Below, in pieces: positions 36,298-46,221 of a stretch of 61,120 bases of DNA (position 1 is its first letter; each line of letters begins with the position of its first letter). A program made the translations under genes and the position numbers. Under the pieces are notes generated by a model. It saw nothing but the letters and a program-made list of their open reading frames with translations, had not been told where the DNA came from and did no database searches. The stretch comes from a virus (Duplodnaviria > Caudoviricetes). The stretch is from positions 1 through 61,120 of IMG/VR virus record IMGVR_UViG_3300048856_000042; one strand, written 5' to 3'.

Positions 36298-36654
36298 TCA
36301 GCGCGACGATCGAGTCGACGTGCGACCCGTCGAGGTTGCGCCGGTCGTGGCAGTGGGGGTGTCGACTCCAGTCTGCGGGGTATCGAGAACCTCGCCGGCC
36401 TGAGACTCACTCTCGATGCTCGAGAAGTCCAGCTGCTCCGCATCGAATCGCTGACCCTCGGCTGCGTCGGTCTCTTCGAATGGACCGAAGAGGCGAGTGT
36501 GCTCCGTGAGTGCTTTGGCGATTTCATTCGTCACCTCGGTGGCGATACGGCGCTGGAACGTGAAGGACTTGTCGGTGTCCACACCAGCCTTCTTGAAGTC
36601 CTCAGGCCCGAGGATACGGGCGTCAGAACGACCTGTGTATGCAACTTTCTTCAT
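36298..36654 (-). CDS. hypothetical protein in head-tail region
   Basis: AGGAG RBS; coupled. Confidence 0.7.
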   Translation of the reverse strand: MKKVAYTGRSDARILGPEDFKKAGVDTDKSFTFQRRIATEVTNEIAKALTEHTRLFGPFEETDAAEGQRFDAEQLDFSSIESESQAGEVLDTPQTGVDTPTATTGATSTGRTSTRSSR

Positions 36655-37070
36655 TGTGCTCTCCTAATTAGTTGGAAACGGACGTACTTGAAAAGTGTGT
36701 TCAGGGTGTCATCGTTGAGATCCTGAGAAGTTTCGACCCAGTTTGTGATCCATACCCCCTCTTCCTTGGAATTCTTGATCCAGAAAACCCGACGCAGGCA
36801 CTCGATGATCTTATCGATCTTGTCATAGTCCCCCGTTTCGGAGTCGTGGTAATCATGAACCCAGATTTGAAAGAACTGCCTCGTGACTTCCAGCTGCTCA
36901 TTCATCATCTCGGGGGTCTCATTGCCCAGCTTGTAGACGATGTATGGATGCATCTCGATGGCGGAGGTCATGGTCTTCTTGGCGAAGATACGAGGTTCAT
37001 CCCCACCAACCAACTCAACCAATTCTGGATCGGCGAGCATTGTGCCATAGATAAAGGTACGAGCAGTCAT
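36651..37070 (-). CDS. tail terminator
   Basis: PYIVY...QIWVHD pattern and position. Confidence 0.7.
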   Translation of the reverse strand: MTARTFIYGTMLADPELVELVGGDEPRIFAKKTMTSAIEMHPYIVYKLGNETPEMMNEQLEVTRQFFQIWVHDYHDSETGDYDKIDKIIECLRRVFWIKNSKEEGVWITNWVETSQDLNDDTLNTLFKYVRFQLIRRAQ

Positions 37071-37447
37071 TACGGCTTTCCCTTTCTGGCGTATCGAATG
37101 CGTCGGATTGCATTGTAAGTCACTCGGCGAGCGTGAGCTTCAAGCGTTGGTCCTACAATGGCGAAACGACCATTCTGGATGAGTTCCAACCACTTACCCC
37201 ATTCTACGCCATGCGCGAGGATAATACTGACTACGCCATCCTTATTTTCAACTGATGCGTTCAACCCGGCTCGAGCCTGACCTGTTCGATCTGCCCAAGG
37301 CGCACCAGTGCGCATAATTTGTTCGAGCTCACCCGCGGCCTTTTCAAACTCTGCTTCGGCCTCATCGTCCCATTCCGGCCCGTCCAGCCAGGTGATAATG
37401 CCGTCGCTGATCGTACGGAAGCTGAACTGGGCACTAGCCCTAGCCAT
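37070..37447 (-). CDS. tail completion/neck protein (HK97 gp10-like)
   Basis: APWADRTGQARAGL...WLE...RFAIVGPTL. Confidence 0.75.
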   Translation of the reverse strand: MARASAQFSFRTISDGIITWLDGPEWDDEAEAEFEKAAGELEQIMRTGAPWADRTGQARAGLNASVENKDGVVSIILAHGVEWGKWLELIQNGRFAIVGPTLEAHARRVTYNAIRRIRYARKGKP

Positions 37448-37841
37448 TGCGGTTTTCCTCGCCCTTGAGGTCAATGGCTGCGAACACCGACTCAGTTCGT
37501 GCGGTGTGGATGCCTGTAATCTTGTAGTGTTCGCCCAGCCATACGAACTCATCGTTGACCTCAATGTCAGCGTCGTGGCGGGCAATAAGTCTGTACTCGG
37601 TATCGGGGATGTCTCCTGCTTCGGAGTTCACGATACCATCAGTGTAACGGCGGACGTTCTGAACAATCCGCATACCTTGGGGTTCCAGAACGGAGGGGCT
37701 ATCAGGGTTTTTGATATACCCCCCCGTCCCAGGATTTTTAATCGGGGGAAGATTGCGGGAGAGCACAATGTCCATCTTGTCGGCGTCGATGAACGCGTAG
37801 ACCGACCGACGACGCATGATGAGCTCTACCCCACTAACCAT
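37440..37841 (-). CDS. head-to-tail stopper
   Basis: Position; DIEVNDEFVWLGEHYKI. Confidence 0.65.
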   Translation of the reverse strand: MVSGVELIMRRRSVYAFIDADKMDIVLSRNLPPIKNPGTGGYIKNPDSPSVLEPQGMRIVQNVRRYTDGIVNSEAGDIPDTEYRLIARHDADIEVNDEFVWLGEHYKITGIHTARTESVFAAIDLKGEENRNG

Positions 37842-38166
37842 GACGAATGATTCTCCCGATTCGTGTTCGGACCCGAGAGACTGACTCAGGTCCTTGGTTG
37901 GCCTTACCCTGGTAATACTTCAGCATAGCCAGGGCATTCTCGTAAAGCGAACCCAGTTTTCGACTGGCAGCTCCATCAGTTACATCGACGAGGCTGGAGA
38001 AATGTGCTACCTTCGATTCCCATCCTGCAACGGTAGCTCGGAGGATGTTCGGCGAGTTCTTCAACATGATGTTGAGGTCGTCATCGCTAAACAGGGAACC
38101 ATCCGACGCAGGCGGTTCACCAAGCTTCAGCCGAAGCTCGGATCGCAGCTCGTTCGTCGGTTCCAT
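37834..38166 (-). CDS. head-to-tail adaptor
   Basis: LRLKLGE...FSDDDL; position. Confidence 0.65.
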   Translation of the reverse strand: MEPTNELRSELRLKLGEPPASDGSLFSDDDLNIMLKNSPNILRATVAGWESKVAHFSSLVDVTDGAASRKLGSLYENALAMLKYYQGKANQGPESVSRVRTRIGRIIRHG

Positions 38167-38171
38167 GGGGA

Positions 38172-38585
38172 TTACTTTCCGGCGGTGAGCTCACGAAGGC
38201 GGGCGCGAACCTCGCCGACCGTCTTGAGACCCTTGATGTCGTGACCATTCTCCTTGGCGAACGACTGGAGCTCCTTGCCGCTCATCGTGGTGAACTTGTC
38301 CTCGTCCTCGGACTCGTCATCGTCCTCATCGAGGTCTTCCACACCCTGCGGTGCGGTGGAGCGAGCCACCTCGAGCTGACGGCGAAGCTCCTCGAGCTCA
38401 GCGTCCTTGTTCTGCAGCTGAGAGCGAGCCTCATCGAGCTCCTGATAAAGCTCTTCGGTGTCCTCACTGGCACTCATGCCGGCAGCCTCGAGAAGCTGCT
38501 GAGCCTTCCAGCGGGGGTCGTTGGAGACCTCTTCGCCAGCGGAGTTCAGAAAGATGACGAAATCCTCGTCCTTGGTCTTTGCCAT
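38172..38585 (-). CDS. acidic coiled-coil protein with C-terminal HEH-like module
   Basis: MSGKELQSFAKENGHDIKG; follows capsid. Confidence 0.7.
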   Translation of the reverse strand: MAKTKDEDFVIFLNSAGEEVSNDPRWKAQQLLEAAGMSASEDTEELYQELDEARSQLQNKDAELEELRRQLEVARSTAPQGVEDLDEDDDESEDEDKFTTMSGKELQSFAKENGHDIKGLKTVGEVRARLRELTAGK

Positions 38586-38620
38586 GATGTCCTACTTTCT
38601 CATCAGAAATGAATAGGGGA

Positions 38621-38652
38621 GGGGCGGCCAGCCATGGGAAACTGACCGCCCC
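38621..38652 (-). terminator. hairpin downstream of major capsid gene
   Basis: GGGGCGG / CCGCCCC stem. Confidence 0.55.
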
Positions 38653-38658
38653 AGGTGT

Positions 38659-39834
38659 TTACGCCGTGGGGTCGTAAACGGCCGGAATCTGGTAGGTACC
38701 AGCAGCCTTGATCTGCATGATGGCAAGAGCCCCGCGGTGACGGATACCCGTACCGAAGCCCCGGCGGTAGAACGAATCCACCAGCGGGTACTGCGAGCGC
38801 TGACCGGGGATGATCTTCAGCCCGCGGTAGTCAGGGTTCGAGTGCTCCCGGAAACCGACCGGGTTGCCGAGGCGGTCCGGACCGTTGGTCGCGATCGCCA
38901 CTGCGTAGCCGGCGGGGATGTACCCCTCTTCCACGACGTGGAACGGACCCCAGGTACCGATCTCACCCTGAACGACTCCCTGAGGACCACCGACGTACTG
39001 GCCGTTGGTGGGCACCCAGATCTTGCCGTTGTACAGGGCCGGATTGGGAACGAAGTCGTACTCCGAGCCCGCATCGGTCTTGAACGTGCGGATGACCGCG
39101 GCTTCCTGCTTGTTGACCCAGAGGATGAGCTCATAGCCGTTCGGCAGGGTGTAGCCGTGGTGACCCAGCTCGTTGGCAAGCGTGGTCAGGTTGGCCGGCG
39201 TGATGGTTGCGCCACCTGAGACGAGGTAGTGGTTGTGTGCCCCCGTGAACGTCTCGTGGTTGTAAGGCGGCGGAACCTCTCCGTCACCATTGTAGGCGGC
39301 GAAGACGGTGACCGGCTCGTTCTTCGCGGTGAAGCCGTTGCCGTTCAGCGGGTTGAAGAGGCGGCCCATCAGCTTCTGGAAGCGCAGCTTCACATCCGCC
39401 TCGAGCGCGAGGTTGTGGTTCAGCCGGAGCTGAGCCAGGTCTGCCTCTGCGATGTACATCCAGGTGTACCGGATCGCCAGGTCCCAGAACTTGAAGTCGA
39501 AGCCCCGGAAGAAGCGAGCCGCGCCACCCTTGATGGACATCGGCTGACCGAACTCGGTCGCTTCCTCGAACTCGACCTCGGTCGGGGTGGTGATCTCTTC
39601 CGAGACTCCGTCGACGCGAGTGGTGATCCGGTCGAGGATGCTGGTGCGATCACGGTTCCGAAGAGCGATGGTCGCGTTCACCTCGTTCCAGAACTCGTTC
39701 AGGTCGGTGCCGTCCGCAGCGCGAATGACGTCGGCCCGCTCGTTGATACCGTTCTCGCGAGCGAAGACGGTGAGCGACTGGTTGGAGTCGTCCATGAGCC
39801 ACTGAATGAGGCCCTCGGGGGAGATGGTTTCCAT
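38659..39834 (-). CDS. major capsid protein
   Basis: 391 aa from METISPEG with AAGGAG RBS; position; C-terminal GFGTGIRHRGALA; strongly biased codons. Confidence 0.8.
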   Translation of the reverse strand: METISPEGLIQWLMDDSNQSLTVFARENGINERADVIRAADGTDLNEFWNEVNATIALRNRDRTSILDRITTRVDGVSEEITTPTEVEFEEATEFGQPMSIKGGAARFFRGFDFKFWDLAIRYTWMYIAEADLAQLRLNHNLALEADVKLRFQKLMGRLFNPLNGNGFTAKNEPVTVFAAYNGDGEVPPPYNHETFTGAHNHYLVSGGATITPANLTTLANELGHHGYTLPNGYELILWVNKQEAAVIRTFKTDAGSEYDFVPNPALYNGKIWVPTNGQYVGGPQGVVQGEIGTWGPFHVVEEGYIPAGYAVAIATNGPDRLGNPVGFREHSNPDYRGLKIIPGQRSQYPLVDSFYRRGFGTGIRHRGALAIMQIKAAGTYQIPAVYDPTA

Positions 39835-39850
39835 GTTTCCTTCTCCTTTC

Positions 39851-40318
39851 TCAGGCCGCAGCGACCGGGTTGAAGGCGATGTTGACGAAGAGCTGACCAG
39901 CCTTGACCGTGAAGCCAATCTGGGTCGACCCTGCCATACCACCAGTGATGGAGACTGAGCCATCCTCCAGGACGTAGACCTTGCTTCCTGCCGGGAAGTC
40001 ATCTTCATCGAGGTTGACGACGTGGCCCTGAACGAGGACGTCGACTGCGTCGCCTGCCTTCGCACCGATGGGCGAGTTGGGGTTCGGAACTCCGGTGACC
40101 TGCTGGTCCCACTGGTAAGCGGGCCCCCGACCGACGTTCTTCACCAGGATGCCGACGAGACCAGACTGCCCGCCGGTGCCGACCACGACTCGACCGGATG
40201 CGTTGAGCGAGACGCCCACCGGACCGATCGAACCATCGGTGAGCACAAGGTCTGCCGCGAGGCGTCCCCGGAAACCACCGATGATCGGGTCGAACTTATC
40301 ATATGCTGCGCGAGCCAT
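39851..40318 (-). CDS. capsid decoration/cement-like protein
   Basis: Gly-rich beta protein between scaffold and capsid. Confidence 0.6.
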   Translation of the reverse strand: MARAAYDKFDPIIGGFRGRLAADLVLTDGSIGPVGVSLNASGRVVVGTGGQSGLVGILVKNVGRGPAYQWDQQVTGVPNPNSPIGAKAGDAVDVLVQGHVVNLDEDDFPAGSKVYVLEDGSVSITGGMAGSTQIGFTVKAGQLFVNIAFNPVAAA

Positions 40319-40355
40319 GATAGGTGACCTACTTTCTTGCTAGTGTGTGGATGAA

Positions 40356-41018
40356 TCAGAGACCGGGGTAGAGCTCCCGAAGAGCTTCCTCTTCGTTCTT
40401 CTTCTTGCCCTTTTTGCTACCTCCGAAGGAAGAGCCAGTAGCTTCTCCATCATCGGTGCCCCGGGTGAGGTAGTGCGGCTTCTTGGTCGCAAGGGCCTTG
40501 ACCGCGAGCTTGACGGTGTCCAGATCGATGTCGATGTCGGTGGGGTCCTCGTCGTCCTGATCGAAGTCGATCTTGGTTCGGTCCACACCAGCGATGGCAT
40601 CATCGGGATCGAGGAATCCCAGTTCACGGGCTGCCTTCTCGATGGCCGAGTTCAGATCGCGCTGAAGCAGGCCGGAAGCCAACTTCTCTGCTTTCTGCAT
40701 CGCCTCACGCGACTTGTTTCGCTCGGTCTCGAGGTCAGCCTGCTCCTGCTGATCCTCCTGGGTCTTGCCGGCCTTGAGTCGCTTGTTCTCACGTTCAAGT
40801 CGCTTCGCAGCGCGGCGCTCGGCGTTCAGAGCCTTCTGAAGCTTTGCGATGTCGTCTTCCTTGGGCTTCTTGTCCTTGTCGGCATCGGCGTCAGAGTCGG
40901 ATTCCTCCTCCTCTTCCTCCTCATCCTCATCGGAACCATCGCCTTCGTTCTGATCTTCATCGCCCTCTGCACCAAGGATCACCCCGGGCCAGAGACTCCA
41001 GAACTTCTCGTCGTCCAT
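40356..41018 (-). CDS. capsid scaffolding protein
   Basis: Acidic N-terminus, coiled coil, KPHYL; position after portal. Confidence 0.75.
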   Translation of the reverse strand: MDDEKFWSLWPGVILGAEGDEDQNEGDGSDEDEEEEEEESDSDADADKDKKPKEDDIAKLQKALNAERRAAKRLERENKRLKAGKTQEDQQEQADLETERNKSREAMQKAEKLASGLLQRDLNSAIEKAARELGFLDPDDAIAGVDRTKIDFDQDDEDPTDIDIDLDTVKLAVKALATKKPHYLTRGTDDGEATGSSFGGSKKGKKKNEEEALRELYPGL

Positions 41019-41065
41019 TGCTTTACTCCCTCTAACGCATCACGCGTTGGTTGGTTTCCAAGGGA

Positions 41066-42676
41066 TCACCCCTTGTTGTTTGCTTCCGTACCCGCACTTT
41101 CGTTCGGGCGGTCGCGATTGTTACTCTTGTTACCCCCGGAGGGAAGAGTACTACCCGAGGAATCACCCTCGGAAGATTTGTTATCAGGGTTGTTCTTCGC
41201 CTGTGCTTCGGCGGCGAGGATCATATTCTGCATCTGCAACTCGAAGGCTGCTTCAGCTTCCTTTTGGATCTGCTGCTCGATATCGTCTGGGAAGTCGTAT
41301 CCCAGCTTCTCGAGTTCCTGTCGGTAGTAGGCCTTCGAGATAGCCTTGCGATCCAACATATTGTTGAGTTCGTTGAGCTTAGCGGTTCGATCCATCGGGA
41401 GCTTATCCCCGATTACTGGGACTATATCACCTTCGAGAGGCTCGAGCTCGAAGACAGCATGCCATGTCTTCCAGTCGTAGAACATATGAGTCAGCAGATC
41501 AAGACCGGCCTGATCCCGGCTCTCAAGTCGTGCCAGAGTCGGCATGAATTTGATTGCCAGTGCAATACCAGACTGAGCCACCTGGGCATCGACCTGACCC
41601 AGTGCAACATCAGAGAGGCCCAAAGCAGAGTGCATCGATCCTTCGAGGTACTTGATCTGGTCCATGGCAGGAGTAACCGAACCAACTCCATCGACCCGGC
41701 GGAAGTAGGCCCCAGAAGGAACCTCCATCACCTTACCAGGGGCAACTTCCCAATCAGTTTCAACCAGCTCACCCCCTGCGTTTTCCGCAACGGGTCGCCC
41801 GCCATCGGTGGCGTAAACTCCCAGGCCCTCGAGTGAAAGCGCGCCAGTCACATCCGTAGAGCTCTGTGAGATGACCTCGAGAATTCGTTCAATACCCCTG
41901 AGTTCACTCGAGCCGTAGTCATCGCCGTTCCAGGCCTGGTTCTTGAACCAGTAGATCGGGATGGCATCGATACGGGCATCTAGCAGACCCTTTTTGAGGA
42001 TGGTCTTGATCTTCCGAACCTTGGTACTATCGCTGAAGCCCAGCAGAGCCGAGTCCTCGATGATGTAGATGCCCTCTTCGCGAGAAATTCGACGAGAGCC
42101 ATCCCTCTGCTCCTCGATACGATAGGTAAGTCGACGCAGGCGGGTCTTCTGCTCAGGGTCCTTATCCTTAGGTAGAACATAGGGGGTAGCCAGATGGCAA
42201 CCAACCATCTTACCCGGGATATCTTCGTCCCAGATCGGAAAGACATTGTGAGGCTCGACTGGGACCAATGAGATACGACGACCCTTGGGCTTACGAGGAT
42301 CAGCCGTCATGTGGTAGATGAAATCGCCCCGAGCAACCCCCGCGATCTTTGCCTCATTGAACCGAGAGTAGAAAAGCTCTCGCTTGAGGAAGTCCTTCAG
42401 AACATCCTTGGTCTTCTTATCCTCACATGAGATTTCCAATCCCTTAAGGAGGAAGTGTGCTGTGGTGTTGACCACCGTACGACCATTGGGTACGTAAACG
42501 GGGCTTTCACTCTCGAGCACTCGCAGTTCGAATTGACGAGGATCGTTCCAGTACATCTCGTCGTACTTGAGGTAAGCAGCGATACGATGACGATGCTCTT
42601 CATCCATCCAAGACATAGCCGCGGTGGTGTCGCCCCGATACGGCTTCGTCGTCGACCACTGGGTTTCTTCGCTCAT
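41066..42676 (-). CDS. portal protein
   Basis: 536 aa right after TerL; YGSSEL, SGIALAIKF motifs typical of SPP1-type portals. Confidence 0.85.
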   Translation of the reverse strand: MSEETQWSTTKPYRGDTTAAMSWMDEEHRHRIAAYLKYDEMYWNDPRQFELRVLESESPVYVPNGRTVVNTTAHFLLKGLEISCEDKKTKDVLKDFLKRELFYSRFNEAKIAGVARGDFIYHMTADPRKPKGRRISLVPVEPHNVFPIWDEDIPGKMVGCHLATPYVLPKDKDPEQKTRLRRLTYRIEEQRDGSRRISREEGIYIIEDSALLGFSDSTKVRKIKTILKKGLLDARIDAIPIYWFKNQAWNGDDYGSSELRGIERILEVISQSSTDVTGALSLEGLGVYATDGGRPVAENAGGELVETDWEVAPGKVMEVPSGAYFRRVDGVGSVTPAMDQIKYLEGSMHSALGLSDVALGQVDAQVAQSGIALAIKFMPTLARLESRDQAGLDLLTHMFYDWKTWHAVFELEPLEGDIVPVIGDKLPMDRTAKLNELNNMLDRKAISKAYYRQELEKLGYDFPDDIEQQIQKEAEAAFELQMQNMILAAEAQAKNNPDNKSSEGDSSGSTLPSGGNKSNNRDRPNESAGTEANNKG

Positions 42677-44103
42677 TATGCGGCTCGCTTCCTCATACCG
42701 ATGCTGCTCTGACGGGCGCCAGTACCCTGTGCCGCGTTCATGTGTTCGAGATGACCTTTAAAGTACCGACTCAGTGCCTCAGGGCCGTGGTTATTGTCAT
42801 CCATGGGGATTTCGCTGGAGTTCTTACCGTCACCCTTGGATTCGGGCCAGCGGTATCCCTCTCGCATTTCCCAGATCAAGTCGGTGCATGATTCATCAAC
42901 GATTAGACCGGGAAGCTTCTCAGGGTGGTCGTCTGGAAGATGTGCCGGCTGAAGCTTCAATGCCCGACGGATCATCTTCATACGAGGATTGATCTCTCCA
43001 CCCGTATTGTTTCGCGTTCCCACACCAGTATGGCGGGTGAGGATTTTGGCGTCGTCCGGCGATGAGGGATCGACGTAGATGCATCGAAGATTACTCATCA
43101 GAGGATCGTGCGCCATCTCCCGAGCAATATCCTCAGTATCGCGCTCAAAGAATCGCTCCTCGCCGATCACATATGTTCGGTTGTTGAGGCGATCATACTG
43201 AATCCAGAGCCAGACCCAGGCATTTCGATAACCGTAGTCAACAGCAGCAAATAGAGGAAGATCACGACGATATAGGAGCTTCTTGACGTGGACATCATCA
43301 TCCCACTCTTTCATAACTCGGCCGCGCTTAAGCACGAACTGACCACCATACTGACGGTTAAACTCGTCGTCAGTTAGATCAGCGGCGGCTTCCACGATTT
43401 CGGGGTCTTTTCGACCACCGGGGAAAACTGAGGTATTCGTCCAGGAGGGCATCTGCCAGGATGTCCACTGCGAGAAGTTTGGATCCTGACCCCGATTGTA
43501 CCCCCAGTACAGCAGGTTAGTGTCAGCAACATCCTCGGGCACCCCGCTCATCAGCGAGAACCCTCGCTTATCCGAAAGAGCTGGTCGTACGTACTCCGTA
43601 AAGGTTCGCTTGAGATGTCGACCTGCCTCAGCCAGTAGCACAAAGTCGAGACCCTCACCAACCAGGCTATCAGGATGCTGAGCAGATCGGCATTCAATAA
43701 CCCAGCCCCAGTTGGTCTCGATCTTCATGTTACCATTGTCAACGTTCGAGACGAATTTCTTGGATGTCGTATCCACACCCAAGGCCTTGAGCGAGTTGTA
43801 GATGACTCGGAATTCCTTCTCGGCATCCGTGTAGTTCGGACCAATGATCCAGCCTCGCATGGGCTGACCGAGGAAGTTCTTGACGAAGGCGGTCGACTCG
43901 AGTTCCTTACCTCCGAAGAGGGACTTACCCCATCGTCGACCATTGCAGAGGACTCGGTGGCGAGTACTATCGTAGTGAACTGTTGCCTGACCAGGGTGTG
44001 GAATATACCCTGTTTCCTTGAAGTAGAGGTCCTTACGAAAGACGCGACCGGCAGGGATCAACTTTGATCTCTGTGCCGTTCCCATTTTCTTGCCCTTCGT
44101 CAT
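42676..44103 (-). CDS. terL: terminase large subunit
   Basis: PHPGQ, NGRRWGKS, GEGLDFVLLAEA, VDYGY nuclease motif, NHGPEALSRY. Confidence 0.92.
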   Translation of the reverse strand: MTKGKKMGTAQRSKLIPAGRVFRKDLYFKETGYIPHPGQATVHYDSTRHRVLCNGRRWGKSLFGGKELESTAFVKNFLGQPMRGWIIGPNYTDAEKEFRVIYNSLKALGVDTTSKKFVSNVDNGNMKIETNWGWVIECRSAQHPDSLVGEGLDFVLLAEAGRHLKRTFTEYVRPALSDKRGFSLMSGVPEDVADTNLLYWGYNRGQDPNFSQWTSWQMPSWTNTSVFPGGRKDPEIVEAAADLTDDEFNRQYGGQFVLKRGRVMKEWDDDVHVKKLLYRRDLPLFAAVDYGYRNAWVWLWIQYDRLNNRTYVIGEERFFERDTEDIAREMAHDPLMSNLRCIYVDPSSPDDAKILTRHTGVGTRNNTGGEINPRMKMIRRALKLQPAHLPDDHPEKLPGLIVDESCTDLIWEMREGYRWPESKGDGKNSSEIPMDDNNHGPEALSRYFKGHLEHMNAAQGTGARQSSIGMRKRAA

Positions 44104-44199
44104 TTATCGCGTGCATCATGTGAGGCATTTTGAAGCAGCCTCAAGGTCTGTTGGGATATACTTTATCGCCTGATCGATCGATGACCATAATCGACCTTC

Positions 44200-44487
44200 T
44201 CAGCGAGGGGTCTCCCGGTAGCGACGGGCTTCCCTGCGACGGATCTGTTGTTCTCGACGGAGTCGTTCACGATCTACGGGTCGCTTCTCATTCGGATCAA
44301 AGTACTCGTTGCCATAGAAAACGCCTGGGTCAACCTTGGCTCGACTATCTTCTTCTTGACCCGTGGTGTAGCCCAGGAGGAACTTGTCTGAGGGCGTAAG
44401 AGCGTCATTTCCCTTGGGAAACACCCCATTCGGCATAACCCCGCCACCCTGAAACTCGGTGCGGTCATCCATCGAGTAATCGCTCAT
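44200..44487 (-). CDS. hypothetical protein
   Basis: AGGAGG RBS. Confidence 0.65.
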   Translation of the reverse strand: MSDYSMDDRTEFQGGGVMPNGVFPKGNDALTPSDKFLLGYTTGQEEDSRAKVDPGVFYGNEYFDPNEKRPVDRERLRREQQIRRREARRYRETPR

Positions 44488-44510
44488 AGCTACCTCCTGG
44501 GCTACATCGC

Positions 44511-44963
44511 TTACTTGGCGAGTCCGGTTTCGAGACCCTCTCGGAAGGCCTTATCGATCAGAACGTTGGACTTCTTCTCGAGAGCCTGCTTATCCTGGTA
44601 GCCAGCAGTGAAGACTGCGAGCAGGTTGCTGATAGCACCCAGGGCAAGGCTGATACCTGTGAGAATGGTCGCATTGGTGGCGTCATCGTAGAACCCAAGA
44701 AGTACAAGGGCAGGTGAGACGACGGTTCCGAGGGTATAGATAGCACCTCGGAGGATAGTCCAGATCTCCAGAACTCCGCGCAGGTTGACAAGACTCAGCG
44801 CACTGGAGATGAACTGCATGATGGCACCGGAGATGATAAGGGCCTGTTCCCAGACACCCTCATTACCGAAGCCGAACATGATGGCGAACGGGGCAAGACC
44901 ACCCAGGAAAACCTGAATCGCCTGGCGTCGTTCGAGTGTGAACCACTCATAGAGCTTACGCAT
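44511..44963 (-). CDS. holin-like membrane protein
   Basis: About four hydrophobic segments; lysis cassette. Confidence 0.7.
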   Translation of the reverse strand: MRKLYEWFTLERRQAIQVFLGGLAPFAIMFGFGNEGVWEQALIISGAIMQFISSALSLVNLRGVLEIWTILRGAIYTLGTVVSPALVLLGFYDDATNATILTGISLALGAISNLLAVFTAGYQDKQALEKKSNVLIDKAFREGLETGLAK

Positions 44964-44964
44964 T

Positions 44965-45837
44965 TTACTCTCCTATGGGATTGGGACGGCAGATGACCGC
45001 CTGTTGGTTGCTGGGCAGCCCGGTCTCTTCCTCAGAGATGACCATCCAGACCTCATCAAGATAATACCCCTCGGGGCAAGTTGGGCCAGGGGGGCCAGTA
45101 GGACCTACTCCACCAGGAAGTCCATCCAGACCATCTTTGCCATCGATGCCGTCTCTTCCGTCATTCCCGTCATTGCCAGGATCACCCTTGCAAGCATCGT
45201 TAGCACAGAACGCGGCTACAGCATCAGATACCATAGCTCGTAACTCATCAACCGTGGGAGTCTTGCCATCGGGACCCTTGCAGAGCCCGTTTTCTAGACA
45301 GAAGTTAGTTACAGCAGCGGCGATTTGAGCCATGGAAGGAGGGGGTCCTGGTTCGCCCCTCTCTCCCCGCATGGGAGCTGATTCCGGCTGATCGTCCTCA
45401 GTGAGAGGGTCGGGTACTTCCAAGCTATCAGGATCAGGGGTGACCGGCTCTTCTCCCAACCGCTGTACTTGATCGAAGAGCTCCTTGGCCGTATCCTGAC
45501 TGACGTGGAGTACCTCAGTCAGTTCACTAACCTGATGTTGCATCTCTGTAAGACGAGTTGCTTGAGTGTCGATTCTTGCCTGCTGGGAGGTAAACACTGT
45601 TACCCCAAAGCCAAGAACTAGGATAACCAACGCGATAATCGCAGCCAGAAGTCCCCACTGAGGAGTCCGAGGAGCAGCTGAGGGTTGAACCACTACCGTG
45701 CCGGGGGCAGGCTGACGAAGAAGGAGATCCTCAATTTCTTCCTTCTCGGCATCGACTACCGGTATCGGCAGGCTTTCGGTGGGGACTGCCTTAGAGGAGT
45801 CGTCCGGTTGATCCCCAACGATATCTTTTTCACTCAT
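44965..45837 (-). CDS. membrane-anchored coiled-coil protein with collagen-like repeats
   Basis: One TM helix, coiled coil, GxD/GPP repeats. Confidence 0.75.
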   Translation of the reverse strand: MSEKDIVGDQPDDSSKAVPTESLPIPVVDAEKEEIEDLLLRQPAPGTVVVQPSAAPRTPQWGLLAAIIALVILVLGFGVTVFTSQQARIDTQATRLTEMQHQVSELTEVLHVSQDTAKELFDQVQRLGEEPVTPDPDSLEVPDPLTEDDQPESAPMRGERGEPGPPPSMAQIAAAVTNFCLENGLCKGPDGKTPTVDELRAMVSDAVAAFCANDACKGDPGNDGNDGRDGIDGKDGLDGLPGGVGPTGPPGPTCPEGYYLDEVWMVISEEETGLPSNQQAVICRPNPIGE

Positions 45838-46202
45838 GTTATTAGACCTCCATTGAGTACCCATAATACGATGGCTCCTGCAATGGGGGTAGCAAACATA
45901 CCGAAGATGAGCCACCCTCGATTGGCTCGTTCCTTTTCTCGGAGCTTCGCCTCATCTGACCGTTCTTTCCCTAGCGCAGTCTCAGCAGCAACTCGAGCAG
46001 TTGCCTCGGCTTGCAGTGCACCTTTCAGCTCACCGAGCTCACGATCGTGACCCATCAGTCGTTCGTTAACTCGGGCTTGTTCCTGCACAAACGCATCTCT
46101 CGTGACAAGGTTGTCAATTCGAGAGTTGGTGTCAGCAAACTGACCCCTCATCTGATCAAGAACAAATGTCACCCACGGGGGGATGCCTTCTTCTCCAGCC
46201 AC
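45834..46202 (-). CDS. coiled-coil protein with C-terminal TM helix (lysis cassette)
   Basis: GTG start after AGGAGG. Confidence 0.7.
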   Translation of the reverse strand: MAGEEGIPPWVTFVLDQMRGQFADTNSRIDNLVTRDAFVQEQARVNERLMGHDRELGELKGALQAEATARVAAETALGKERSDEAKLREKERANRGWLIFGMFATPIAGAIVLWVLNGGLIT

Positions 46203-46221
46203 CGTGGGCTTCCCTCCTAGC

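Noticed and set aside
40347-41836. Long plus-strand ORFs (326 and 261 aa)
   Set aside because: Antisense to scaffold and portal; typical GC-bias shadows
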